A DNA stretch of 64,000 nucleotides. It comes from Raillietiella orientalis (taxonomy: Eukaryota). The stretch spans positions 2,790,001-2,854,000 of the forward strand of contig JAYWIR010000011.1 in the NCBI GenBank assembly GCA_036172245.1, given 5' to 3'. Shown one piece after another: positions 13,666-25,027 of this stretch. A program made the position numbers and the translations under genes. Positions within the stretch are counted from its first letter, which is position 1, and every line of letters begins with the position of its first letter. The notes under the pieces are model-generated. The model saw only the letters and a program-made list of their open reading frames with translations, searched no databases and was not told the DNA's origin.

Positions 13666-15012
13666 GTGACCCGGCACCTTCCTTTCGCGCCGGCCTCGGC
13701 GCCCCAGTACCGACGAGCGCAGCGCCGCCTCAGCCCTCGACACGGCTGGTCAGCGCCCCCCGGCGCTTTCGCGAGTTCCCCAGCTCGCCTCCTTGCCTCT
13801 CCGGAAAATACCGCAGGCAGGCGCGACGCAAAGCAGCCCTCGGGCCACCTCGGTCTTTCGACTTCTGCTGACCACTCCTCGGCGCTCCACTAGCATGCGC
13901 GCCCGCCGCGCTCCGAAGAGTCGGCCTGTGCCCCCAGGCGGCGGCTCCTCCCCATCGAAGGAGAAGGCGCGCAAAGTAGGCAACCCCGGGGAAGGAACGA
14001 GGCGCGCAAAAGCCAAGGGTGCGCGACCCATGAGGAAAGGTCAGCAGAGAGTGGGGAGGAGGAACCGTGCCCTCCACCGCTTCGGGCGGGCGCCCCGCCC
14101 ATCCTGCGGAGGAGGCGGAACACCCGCAGAAGTGGCGTCTTCTTCGTTGCGTCTTCGAGGCGGAGTCCCGGGCTGCCGCAGCAGGTTCGCACTTTCACAA
14201 CCGCCTCGGGGAAGACGCCCCTCTTCGGGTGCAGTCGTGCCAACGTCCGTGAGTGGGAAACCCCGCTGCAGGGAAAGCGGGCGCTGGCTCTTCCCCCACC
14301 TCAGCCGGCGGGACGTTCGGAAGCTCAGTCCGAAGGAGCAGCCCGACGGGCGCCGGTCTCTTCCCACTAGGCGCTTTCTCCCGGGGAGCGATGACCCCAC
14401 CGCCCCGTCTGGAAATCGCCCTCTCTTCCCGGTTGGAGTCTACTCGTTCGCGGTCCGACGGGGAGACCCTCCTGAGGTCGAGTGCGGGAAGGTTGACCCC
14501 CGGCCTGAAGCGTGGCGGAAGGGCAAAGGGGCGCGCTCGTGTCCCTCTTCAACCGCGCTTCGTAGAGCATCGGGCGGCAGGAGATTCGCTCCAGTTGGGA
14601 GCCGCTCTGCGGGAACCCCGCAGGTTTGACGGCAGGAGCATGCGAGTTGGAAGGTGAAGGAGAAGCGTCCTGGGTATGCGCTAATGAGGAGCTGGGGTTT
14701 TAGCCGTGCACTTCTGTCTGCCCGTAGGGCTCCCATTTGTTCTGCGCGTGGAGGTTTGCGGGCCTACGCGAGCTCTCCTGTGGGTCCTCAGGGCAAGAGG
14801 AAGCGGTACGGGTCCTCTCGGCGCTCCAGGAGGGAAGACGCGAGAGTTCTCTTAAGCTGGTCCGTAGAGCTGTTCCCGAGGGGCGGCAGAGAGGCGCTCG
14901 ACGTGGATGACTGCCAGCTCCCCTTTCCGTCCGGCTCAGGGGCGACGGGGTAGTGGACGCAGTCTGTTCCCTCCCGCTCGACCCAGGCGCGCGCATCAGC
15001 GCACAGGCAGTA
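13666..15012 (-). mobile_element. Unclassified interspersed repeat / putative TE, copy 1
   Basis: 13666-14595 is duplicated directly at 51067-51990. 14390-14625 and 14885-15010 occur inverted at about 22100-22320 and 21950-22065. The minus strand gives peptide-like text shared between copies (ADARAxxEREGTD..YPxAPEPDxKGSWQSSTS; ERVDxxREERxISRRGGGVIA). Confidence 0.75.
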
Positions 15013-17469
15013 CAGGGATGGGGCGGAGCGCGGTGACGTTGGGAAGCCGTCACGGGAATCCCGGGAAGAACGAGTGGCAGTTTTTCGAGGTGGATCTCCC
15101 CGTTTCAGGGCTGCCTGGAGACGGGCGCTTGTATCCCTGGGAGTTCGGAGTGAGGGAGGGGGGAAAGGGAACCGGAAGCCTCCTCTTAAAGGATCCAGGG
15201 GCCCGGTTGGCTTCGAAACGGAATCCCACACGATTAGAGTATTCCTGCGGAATCTCGAAAATTCTTCGAACCCGAACTCCGGAGAATTCCGGAAAGATTC
15301 CGGGAACACGATAAAAAATGACAGCTGCGGTGAAACGAGGATTACGGCGTTGGAGTTTGGGAATTTGCATGAGGGAACGATCCGGGGCTGTGCTGTTCCT
15401 CGCTCGACGGGAAACCCCAGTGGGGTTACGTAGGCGCACCATGCTTCCCCTCCCCCTTCTCCTCCCTCCTCCCTCGAGAACTGGGAGGCAGATAAAGGGC
15501 AGGGTCCTCCCTCGCTTCGCTCTCGTCACCTTCCGTGCCCCCTCACCCTTTTCCTCTCGTTCTCCCCTCCTTGTTCAGCGTCGCGGGGAGGGGAGGGAGG
15601 GGCAAGCAGTTTCGCTTCCTCCCATGCCGGAGCGCTCTTCCTTCATCGGATGGGTTGAGTCCCACTCAGGACTGCCAGTCCTCCCAGCTCGGAATCCTCG
15701 CCGATCCGTCACGAGCCGTTCTTCGGCGGCACGCCCAGGCCGGCACGAGTGGGGGACGGAAGGGGCTGCAATCCTGCAGGCGCGCGACCCCTGAGGGGTG
15801 CCTCGAGGCGAAACGACCCCCCTCCTTTTCCTCCCACGCTCATTCGGCTCGAAACTGGATGCCCTCCATTCCTGGCGACGGGGACGGGAGGGACGGGCGC
15901 AGCTCTTGGAAGGGAACCGGTTCCCTAACGTTCCCATCCCGTCCCGGGGGGATCCACCCGGTTACGTCAGCAGAGCAGCCCGCATCAAGCCGAAGATCCG
16001 CGAGATAAAAAAAAAAAAAAGAAGGCTGGAAGATTTTTCCCGATGCATCATCGCCTCTTATCGAAGGCCGAGCGGTTCCATTAATCTCGCAGGTCTCAGC
16101 TGCCGAACCAGGAGAGGAAGAACGGAGCGGTTCGCGCGTTTTTTTCCCATTTGGCTGCGAAGAAGAGGATGTCAATGGATGATGAATGTCTAAAAATAAC
16201 TTTTCATAACTTGACTTATGGAACGGGCGGCCGAACAAGTTCGAAGCGACTTGCCCTGCTCCAGGCGGACGGCAGGATGGCGGGGTGAACGTCTCACTCA
16301 TCTCCCCCTCTGTAGCAGATCTCCGCTCCCGATTTCGGGAGGTGACCGGAGGAAGGGTGGGAAGGGGAAGTACACAGCGTAGGGGGGACGTGACCCCGGG
16401 TCTCTGCGTCCGGGATCCCTTGCAGCTTCGAGACCAGACATCGCCGGTCCCCCTGGGAGGACCGGATGGAGGAGGAAGGGAGGGTCCCGCGCCCGCGTAG
16501 GCAGCAAGGAAGGGGTGGGAGGTGTATGGGTCTCGCCGCGAACCACGCGTCGTTGCGGCCCCTCGCAGGAAACTCCAGCAGGCGAGGTACCTCGGCGGCT
16601 CTCGAGCGGACGGGGACGCATCGGGGAAGCTGCGTCGGATCGGAATTTGATGCATCTGAGAGGGAAAAAGGGAGAGAAAGAAAGAAAAGATGACTGCATG
16701 TGTTTTTGCAACGAACACGAGATGAGTTCGGGGGTACAAGCGGGCGGGGAATGAAGCAACACTTGGGCCACGTAGTGCGAAGGTTCACGAGCAACGCTCG
16801 CTCGCTGACGGTCCTGCGAAACACACACGCGGCGCATGGAAATCTCATTTCCCATGCATCCACGTGGGAGGGGGGAACGTTGCTCAGGTGTCGCAAATGA
16901 TCCCTGCACATCTCGTCCATGCGCTCTCTTCTTCCTCCGCTTCTTTCCTTCCTTTCTTTCTTTTTTCGTGCGTATTCCTTTCTTTTCGCCGAAAACACGC
17001 AGCACACCTGGTTCCCCTGCCTCCCGTCCGTCCACCACCAACCCCCCTCTGAGAAGGAGGAAAGACTGCACCGCTCTTGGGAACGCCATCTCTCGCGCGC
17101 CAGCCGCAGCACGCACAGCGAGCGGGCAGCTCCGACCGAGTTCTGCGAAGGCGCCATCTCTCGAATGCACGCGGAACTCACTTGCCCGGACGCGCTAAAG
17201 AAAGGGCGCTGCCATGCCAGCCAGGTTTCTCGAGCTGAAAAGCCTCGGGACAGGATCTGCCCCCTGGGTTCTGCGACGCCAGCGGGACTCCCTCTGCTGA
17301 CCACTCACCATCCGATCGCCTTCCCCGAGAGGGCGCGGATCCCGGACAGGCGGTTGATCGATGCGCGTGGTGGAAGGGGGCAGGAAGAGGCGGAAGTGGG
17401 ATGTTTCTCTTCGCTCCAGACGGCAAGCAAGGAAGGCCTGCACAGCTCTTGGGTGCGGAAAGGAGGAGT

Positions 17470-18245
17470 GCCCGCGTCGGAGGCTTGGTGGTTAAGACTC
17501 CCGCGCGTGACACCATGCGCCGCGAGTTCGAATACTCCGGCATGAAGCTGACGCCACTGCGTCGTTAGGTTCCGGGTTTCTCCTACAATGGCGCTGGTTG
17601 CCGAAACATCCCGGCGTGGCACCGGTAGCGGTTAAATCCCGGAAACCCCCGATGTAGGCCTGAACAATGGGAGTCGACCTTCGGGTCTTTCCAGGAATCC
17701 AGAAGTGGGAAGTTCCCCCTCCGGTCTTACATCGGAGAGCGAACCCCCCTCACCGGCGGACCCCTCCGGTTTCAAGATGGAGCAGGAGCCTTCACAGACA
17801 CCTCTCCAGTAGTTTAAAGGAGCTCACCCCCATCTGTTGGAGGGGGACCCTTTGAGTCGCCGTCTCTCCAGAAGAGTGCAAGGAAGCAAGCGAGAGCTAT
17901 CCCCCTGCGGGAAGCTGCAGCGCCCCTTCTGAGTTTCGGAAGCGTCCCTTCGGGGCTCTCTTCAGAGGAGTGAACAGGAGCAGTTCCCTTGCGGGTTCCC
18001 TCCGGAAGAGGAATTCCTACTAGCGGATCCTTTCCGGGTTCCCTTCGAAGAAGATGAAATGGAGAGGACCACCCCCCTTCCGGGGGGTCCCTTCGGAGAG
18101 AATGAGGAAGGAGATTCCCTTTTGGGTTCTCCTTCGGAGACAACCAGGGTGGGGGAGGTGCGATCCCCCCTCCCCAAGCGTGAGAGGAACGGACTTCGAT
18201 CCCTTCCTGGATTCATAGTGCGGGCCCCCTTCCGGGGTGTCCCCT
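17470..18245 (+). mobile_element. tRNA-derived SINE, copy B (most complete)
   Basis: Head GCCCGCG..GGCTTGGTGGTTAAGACT..GTGACACC..GAGTTCGAATAC has A-box-like and B-box-like motifs at tRNA spacing. The ~0.7 kb body is colinear with 36128-36690 (e.g. ttctga(g/a)tttcggaagcgtcccttc...ctcttcagaggagt) and inverted with 55850-56473. Confidence 0.75.
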
Positions 18246-18779
18246 ATCTTGAAGAATACACACACCCTCCGCAGGTGGCGTAGAACAGTGTTAAAGAGCC
18301 ATGTGCGCCGTGAGGCATGCGACCGGTTCTTGAGGTACTTAGCGAACCAAAAAAAAGAAGCCTGAAGAAACGAGGAGAAAGAGAAGGAAGGCAGACGACA
18401 ACAATAGAGATAAAGCAAAGACTGGAGGATCCCACCGGGCGATAGCTCTTTCGGCATAGGGGTCGAAGGACAGGAAGGGAAAGGAAAAGTCATGGTGTCT
18501 TTCACATGCCTCCTCCGTCTTCCTGCTATTCAGAAGGCGTGTCGCCTTTCACTATTGTCGGGACGGGGAGGTGTCGCCACATTGCTGCATCCTTCAGCTT
18601 GGGAGGCGTGGAAGAGGAGGAGGAAGGGTGAAGTGTCCGGCCGCCTCGTTCCCCCAAATGCCGAGCCTCCACTGCTGCGCGGGTGCAGCGCAAGACGGCC
18701 CGTCGGAGGTACTTGAGGAGCGGAAGAACCTCCAAAGAGGCTGCGGAGGCAAGTCACCCAGGCTGCCACGGGTCTGACA

Positions 18780-19811
18780 TCCTCCGTGAGGCAAACCGCA
18801 GTCCATCAGCAGGAAGTTGCAGAAGTTGTACAATCTCCCCACATCCGGCACAGTTCGGGGACCAGTCCCCTCCTGCTTACCGATATGGGTAGCATGCTAA
18901 GAAACTCCTGCTCAAGAAGAGGATCTCCGTGTGCTGATTGGTCATTCTGGGAGAAGGACTGGTCCGGTGATAGGGCTCACGAGTACGGGTGCTCCCTGTT
19001 AAAGCTAGAGCCCAGCTGTACCCTTCATTCTGCCTGGATCCAAATCTCCAGCCTTGCTCCCGGAGCGTTTTTTTTTCCCCTTCTCCCCCCCAAAAAGGTC
19101 TGCTAGCTTGCGTCGCTCGTCCTCCGTGTTGAGCGGCTTTAAGAGTTGGTGACCTCGGCCTGGTAGTAGGCTAGGCACGATGCATTTTCCGAGAGACTCC
19201 AAATGAGGTCATGTCTGCAGCAGCATGGAAGACAGTCTCAAGCAAATCAGCACGCTCCCGGTCTAGAATCGACACTTCGTCCAGACCTGCTCGTATCCAA
19301 GGGCAACGAGATGGTGTTCGTGGATATCTCCCGCCCATCTGAGAACGGAGAGGAATCATGTTCCGCAGCAAGGAAGCAAAGAAAGAAGCAAAAAAAGCAG
19401 GGAATCGCCTCTCGATGCTTTCAGAAAGGTCTGCAAGCGGAGGCCCACGCCTTTATCGTGGGATCTCTTGGAGCACGAGATCCCTTAAATGATGGCGTCC
19501 TTCGAGATCTTGGCAATCCCAGATTATACTCCGTTGAGATGCAAGAACTGATGGTTGCCCCTTGCTTCAGTCACAGCCGACACATATATTGGACGCATCG
19601 GCTGGGTTATCGGCTGGATGATGAGGTGCAGGAATACCTCCTCGAATAGGAAAGTTATGGCAGCAGCTGAATGAGTACACAACTGAAAGAAATTTTCACC
19701 CTATCAATTACCACATGTCCATGTGGTAAGCAGGATAAGAAGAGAGAAAGATTGGCGAGAGCCCTTCCCTCCACATTGGTTTTTCTTGTACTCTCCTTGC
19801 TTTAAATAAAA
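18780..19811 (+). mobile_element. 3' part of RLE-type non-LTR retrotransposon (NeSL/Utopia-like), degenerate
   Basis: One frame 19173-19649 reads RHDAFSERL...LRPDLLV...VFVDISRPSENG...AARKQRK...FIVGSLGARDPLNDGVLRDLG...LMV...SRHIYWTHRLGYR. This is the RHD / PD..D restriction-like endonuclease / VGSLG series with a Utopia-like C-terminus. A KLYNLP fragment lies upstream (~18820). The 3' UTR ends at tttaaataaaa (19801-19811). Confidence 0.85.
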
Positions 19812-19849
19812 CCTATGCTCCTCAGCTTACTCCACCCATCTGATACAGT

Positions 19850-21480
19850 TTCTTGAACTACGCTTTGGAAGTGGGTGGGGGTCTTGAAGATTGTGGCTCT
19901 GTGTGCTCCGCCGTTTGGAGGATGACCGTAGATATAAGCGGGGGTCGGTTGCTTGGAGAGCATGGTGCTAGCTGAGCTGATTCGCCAATTCGCCAACATC
20001 TTTGGAGTTTTCCACCTTCGAGGGGGAAAGAGTCGCCTGTACCAGTCTGAGTTCAGAGGTAAACTCGAGACTGAGGATCCAGGGCTGCTGCCATCCGCAC
20101 AGTCGCCCGCATCATCGAGGTACCGCTGCAGAGCTCGAGCATTCAAATGCATGGACCGGGAGAGGCGACCTTGTGCTTTTAGGCGCCTGACCTTTATCAC
20201 CTCCCTGCTGCGAGATGCTGCCTCCGAGCGCAAGTGCTTAGTCACGGTGAGCTGCCACCTACAACTCTTATGCGTGTGCCCTTATGCGTGCTCATCAGTT
20301 CTCATCCACAACATGCAGCTGCAAATAGAACTCTCGTGCGATTCTCTACGATCTTCTAGTTCGATCTCTGGAAGGAGGCTGAAGCTGGAGAAATGGAGGG
20401 AGAAGGAAAGTGCGGTGGACATCCACTTTTTTCGCAACCGAGAGATCAAGAAATGAGAAGAAGCGATGCATCCTTGCATGGAAAGTGCTTTTCACTTCCG
20501 AGAATGAAAACTTCTGCAGCAGGAGAAGATGAACCTTGGAAAGACACTCTTCCTGGTTGTCTTCGCTGCGTCGCGACCAAATCACAAGTGTTGAGTCGCC
20601 ATTGGGCAGCCGAGTCGCGGGATGCTGGAAGCGATCTCAATTCGGCGCACATCCAATGATCCAATGATAATCCGATCCATGATCAGAAGTGGTCTGATGG
20701 GTCGTCATGCCATTTACTACTCTCGGTTCTTCGTTGCAGCTAAAAGCAACGGTCCTCGGCGAAGGAAAACTCACCAGTTCTGGACGCCAGGGAAAGAATA
20801 ACAACAGATCTAGCCGTGCGCTTCTTCTCTCCTTTTCTCCCCCGCCTGCATTTGCAGCGATCTCGAAGTGCGACGAAAGAGCGGTGCCAACCTGCTCCAT
20901 GGGATCACATCGATGGAGCAGGGTGGAGCCGCGAGTGGACAGCCGCTGCAACCTGCTTTATGATTGGCACGCGCGCTGCTGGATTGCGTCTGCTAATCGC
21001 GCGAGCGGCGCCTCCAGGGAACGGTGCGGACGCCATGTCCTGAAGAAGGTGCGGTCCAGCAGTGGGAGGAGTCCTCAGCAGGGTTCACCTCCCTGATCGA
21101 CACCTTAACACCCTGCATCTCGCCTTGTCCTTGTGCCTTCCGGGTTCCGGCATCTCCTTTGCGTGAAGGTCGCGAATCCCCAGAGCAGTGGGAGACGCGT
21201 ACCAGGGACCACACTCTGGATTACCGAGATGAACAACTGCCGGTGATCTTCTGGTCAGATGACCGGGATTTGGGAACTGTGAAGGATGCGCCACGAGTCT
21301 GTCGGTGTGTCGATCACCAAATCGAAACGAATTCCGCTGCTTTTCCATCCGAGAAACCTCGGCTGAGAAAGGATCAGTCATTAAGAGTGTCGGACCACTC
21401 TTCATTGCTTCCTCAAAGCATCTCCGGGAACACCCATTCAATCTCTTCGTTAATCCCTTGGTGTACTCCAACTAACGCGT
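19850..21480 (-). mobile_element. L1-type ORF2 relic (APE endonuclease plus linker)
   Basis: Ordered, frameshifted APE-like motifs on the minus strand: WYASP (VYAP-like), SARLDLLLF (SRLDRF-like, ~20800-20825), TSDH (~20680-20692), then linker WYRRLF (~20030). Confidence 0.55.
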
Positions 21481-21849
21481 GAAATTGGACCATTACCCGG
21501 AACTCTTCCTGCGTGCTTCCTTTCGGAGGCTACGCCCACCACTTTTTTGTCCTCTTTTGCCCTTGAGAGAAAGAGACAGAGATGAACTCATGGAGAAGCA
21601 TCACTTCCATTCACGCGTGGGAGCACTTCGCTTTCCGTGCAGAGTCATCCGTTCGTCCAGAGGAGCAGGCTTTCTGCGGCGGGAGCTGCTCGTCCGGCCG
21701 CCTCCGTTGTCGCGGGCAGCCAACACGTCTGCCCGTTCACCTTGGCACTGGTTTGTCTACTTGCCTTCTCTCCTTTTGAAAATCTTGGAAAGACTTCGCG
21801 TTTCACCAGGGGAACGGTGCTCTTTGAGGAACGCTTCTCCGGCCGGCCT

Positions 21850-22320
21850 TGAGAAGTGTGCGCGTTGCACCCTCGAGGGAATTCCCTGTGGCCGTGGCAA
21901 TGTGGAAGAAGCACTCCGCTGCCATCTCTGTGCTGCTTGTGCGCCTGCGTGCCGACGCGCGCGCCCAGTTCGAGCGGGAAGGGACAGACCGCACCCGCTA
22001 CCCCACTGCCCCTGAGCCGGACGCAAAGGGAAGCTGGCAGTCGTCCACGTCGGGCGCCTCTCTGGAGCTCATCGGCATGAAACTCTGCGGGAATCCCACA
22101 GGCTTGGGGTTCCCGCAGAATGACTTTCTACTGGAGCGAATCTCCTGACGCTCGATGCCCTACGAAGCGCAGCGGAAGGAGGCAGCGTGCACGCCCCCTT
22201 CAGACCGGAGGTCATCGTCACGTGCGCGACCTCGGGAGGGTCTCCCCATCGGAGCACGAACGAGTAGATCCCGATCGGGAAGGAAGGGTGATTTCCAGCC
22301 GGGGCGGTGGGGGCTGTCGC
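21850..22320 (+). mobile_element. Unclassified repeat / putative TE, copy 2 (inverted, internally deleted)
   Basis: 21950-22065 is the reverse complement of about 14885-15005, and 22100-22320 is the reverse complement of about 14390-14620. The intervening ~260 bp of copy 1 is absent. Confidence 0.75.
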
Positions 22321-23519
22321 TCCCCTAATCTTTCCGGAGAAGCTGGCAAGGGGACGAAAGGAAACACTGGCGCTCCGCTTCTCTACCCTGAGGTTGATGG
22401 CGACTCAGGCGCATAGATGGCTCCCGTTTCGGGAGGCGTTCCTTCCCTTTGTCGGAGGGTGGGTGAGGCGTGCACACCAGGATGCAGACCGTTTCCCCTC
22501 CAGCCCGGTGCGTCTCGTGCTGGAAAGGCCTCCGGACCCGCCCTACGCTATCCGCAGGTTCTCTCGGGCGAGCGGCAGGCGAGGTCAGGCGGCAACCCCA
22601 CCCTTTGACCTCTATGTCACTTCCTTTGTCCTCGGCACCGCTCCATTTTTCCCCCTCTCTTTCTGTTTCCGCTCTGTGGAGTCTGGACGCGACGGTGCGT
22701 TGCGAGGAAGGACAGAGCGGCAAGCATACGCTGTCTCCATTGTCTGCAAAGGCTGCGAGAAGGAGAAGAGGGGAGCGAGGAACGGAGAAAGGGGGGAGGG
22801 GGGAACGGGGAAAGGAAGCTTCCATGGAAAACTGACAGGCGGGAGCAACATGTTGATGACGCCAGCCTGCGGAGTATCGAGGCGCGCTTCCTGCTCGTCG
22901 TGCTTATTGTCTGCGAATAACAGGAGGGAAGGAACGATGCCTCGTTCCTCCTGGCTTATTAATTCCGCTGAGAGCAGGACGAAGAGCGAGGGGACGGACG
23001 GACGCACATGTCTCTGTCCTGTTCCCCGCTAAGTGGCCCGCCGAGCACCTCCTCACCACTGCCGCACTCTGGAAAGAGAGGACCTCGAAAAACTTCAGGA
23101 AGGGACCGGTGTGGTGTTTCGAGGAATGCCCGAGCAGAAACGAGGAAGGGTCTACCCTCTGCTCTGCCCGGCAGCGAGCGTGAGGACTCGCCCAAGGCGA
23201 CTCTGATTATGAACGAGCAGAACAGTTTTCCCGCCAGGGATGCAACCTCGTGCTGCGTTCGCGGAACCCGAGAGGCGCTTCTCGCTCTTGGACCAGCATG
23301 CAGGGTAACCGTTCAGCTGACCACCTCCCTGCCGACTAGGGGAGAGATCAGCCTGAGAGAGAGGAAAAAACAGGAGTGAACGAGACCCCTGTCCCCGTTT
23401 TACCGTGCGGACAGGACTGCATTCTTGTATTCGTGCTTGCTCTTGGGTCGTGCCTGTTCTTCCGATGTCCTCATCTCCGTTATAGACCTCGGATAAAGCC
23501 GAACTAGTCCGCCTAAGAC

Positions 23520-24950
23520 TTTTGGAGGATTCTTGGTGGATCTCATTCTGCTTGCTTCACCACGTTGAAGAGAAGCACCCCTTGATGACCGATTGGGGAT
23601 CCTAGTATGCTTTTTACGTCCCCAATGTAGATTGTCCTGCTCTCAGCAGTGGTGCTGAAGAGGAGAGCCGGGCCCGAAGAGATGGATTTGCGGTGGATAA
23701 CGGATGTGTCTCGCTTGCAAAGAATCCACAGATCCCCAGCAAGGGGAGGCGACTCGAAACTGCGAAGCGGGCGCAGTGGACAGGACATGGCCCGCTGAGG
23801 TTGGATTCTGGGGGTCGCAGCCATCCCCTGTGGGAGGGTCTGAGATGGCAGTAAAGAAGGTGGGATGACTGCCGCAAAGTTTCATCTTCATCGGAGGAGC
23901 CGTCAAGAAACCGAAGGCTGCCCGATGGACCGCAGAAAGCGTCAGAGAGCGCGGGTGGTGGTCTCTTCCACTGGGCTGCTCTGCCTGATCACGTTCGGTC
24001 CCAGGATCTTCCGGGAAGAATGTTCATTGCTTCGAGTTTGCCAACTGCCATTTTCCTGGTCATCTCCTTTCACGTTCGAGAGCAGCAGCAGTAGCAGGGA
24101 TGGGAGGAGGCTGCCAGTGCCATTCAAGGGAACCGTCAGCAACCGTCACTTCCCAGCACAGCTCAAGAAGGTGGCTCAATCTGGAAGATGGTGGAGCAGG
24201 GGCCTCAGGAGAATTGTGGACAGACTGTCATTATCAGCGACCAGGTTCCTCCCTCTTTCCCTGCCTGAAGCAGGTTCTTGGGAATCGTCATGACGACCAC
24301 AGAGTGTGCAACAATCCATCCGGTCTCTGCTTATCTGTGTGTCCACCCTCGAACCCTTCCTCTTGCTCCTACGTTCTTTCCTCCTTAGTCCTGTTCCCAG
24401 TAGGGTCTGAACCCTCTCTCGTCACCTCAGATGGAGCGGCCAGACTCTCTGGCTGAAGAAGCTGAGTATGGAACCACAGTCGATAGGACTGATTGGCAGA
24501 AGCGTCCTTTTCCCATTCCCCTAATGCATTCCTAAACCTGCTCGCAATTTCATTCATTCGTTTCAAGGGATGAGAAAGCTGCTGCGCTCAGAAGAGCATG
24601 CCATCCCCTTACCAAAGTGAGGAGGGATTCTTCCGCGCCATCTCGAGCACGGTGAGATGGTGACGCGCGCGTCTCGGGGCTGGCGTTCCAGGATGCTTCC
24701 AAGCCCGTTACACTCAGGAGTACGAAAAAGATCGGATTGCAGGCTGTTCGCCTTATCAAGGCACCCACCTTGATCTCTCAAGTGCTGTCGACCTTTCTTC
24801 TCCCGTCCTCACAGATGGACCATACCTGGCAGATTCCTCTACCCGGCCGATCAGCTCGGAACTCTCGGGGTCAAAACATTCGTAAACAGGCTGCTCTTCG
24901 TGCTTCAGGTCTCCATGGGAAACCAAGGTCTTCTCCGCCATGTTCTTCCA
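23520..24950 (-). mobile_element. L1-type relic (possible ORF1 end plus APE start)
   Basis: Minus-strand TIYIGDVKSIL (~23605-23640) resembles the APE I.GDFN..L motif. Upstream pieces (EIASRF..LGE..D...RLWF) loosely resemble an L1 ORF1 C-terminus. Heavily decayed. Confidence 0.35.
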
Positions 24951-24998
24951 GCAGATGCGAATGGTCTGGCAGCAGCACCGGCAGGCGACGGTGCAGCG

Positions 24999-25027
24999 CT
25001 TACCTTACCTTACCTTACCTTACCTTC
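24999..25027. repeat. (CTTAC)n pentanucleotide microsatellite
   Basis: cttaccttaccttaccttaccttaccttc seen directly. Confidence 0.9.

Noticed and set aside
16590..17190. Minus-strand spliced gene
   Set aside because: Plausible splice signals but no coherent ORF or recognisable protein.
17470..17545. Functional tRNA gene
   Set aside because: Cloverleaf stems do not pair properly, and it is fused to a repeated body; better explained as a SINE head.
24999..25027. Telomere-like repeat
   Set aside because: The unit is TTACC/GGTAA, not TTAGG or TTTAGGG; ordinary microsatellite.
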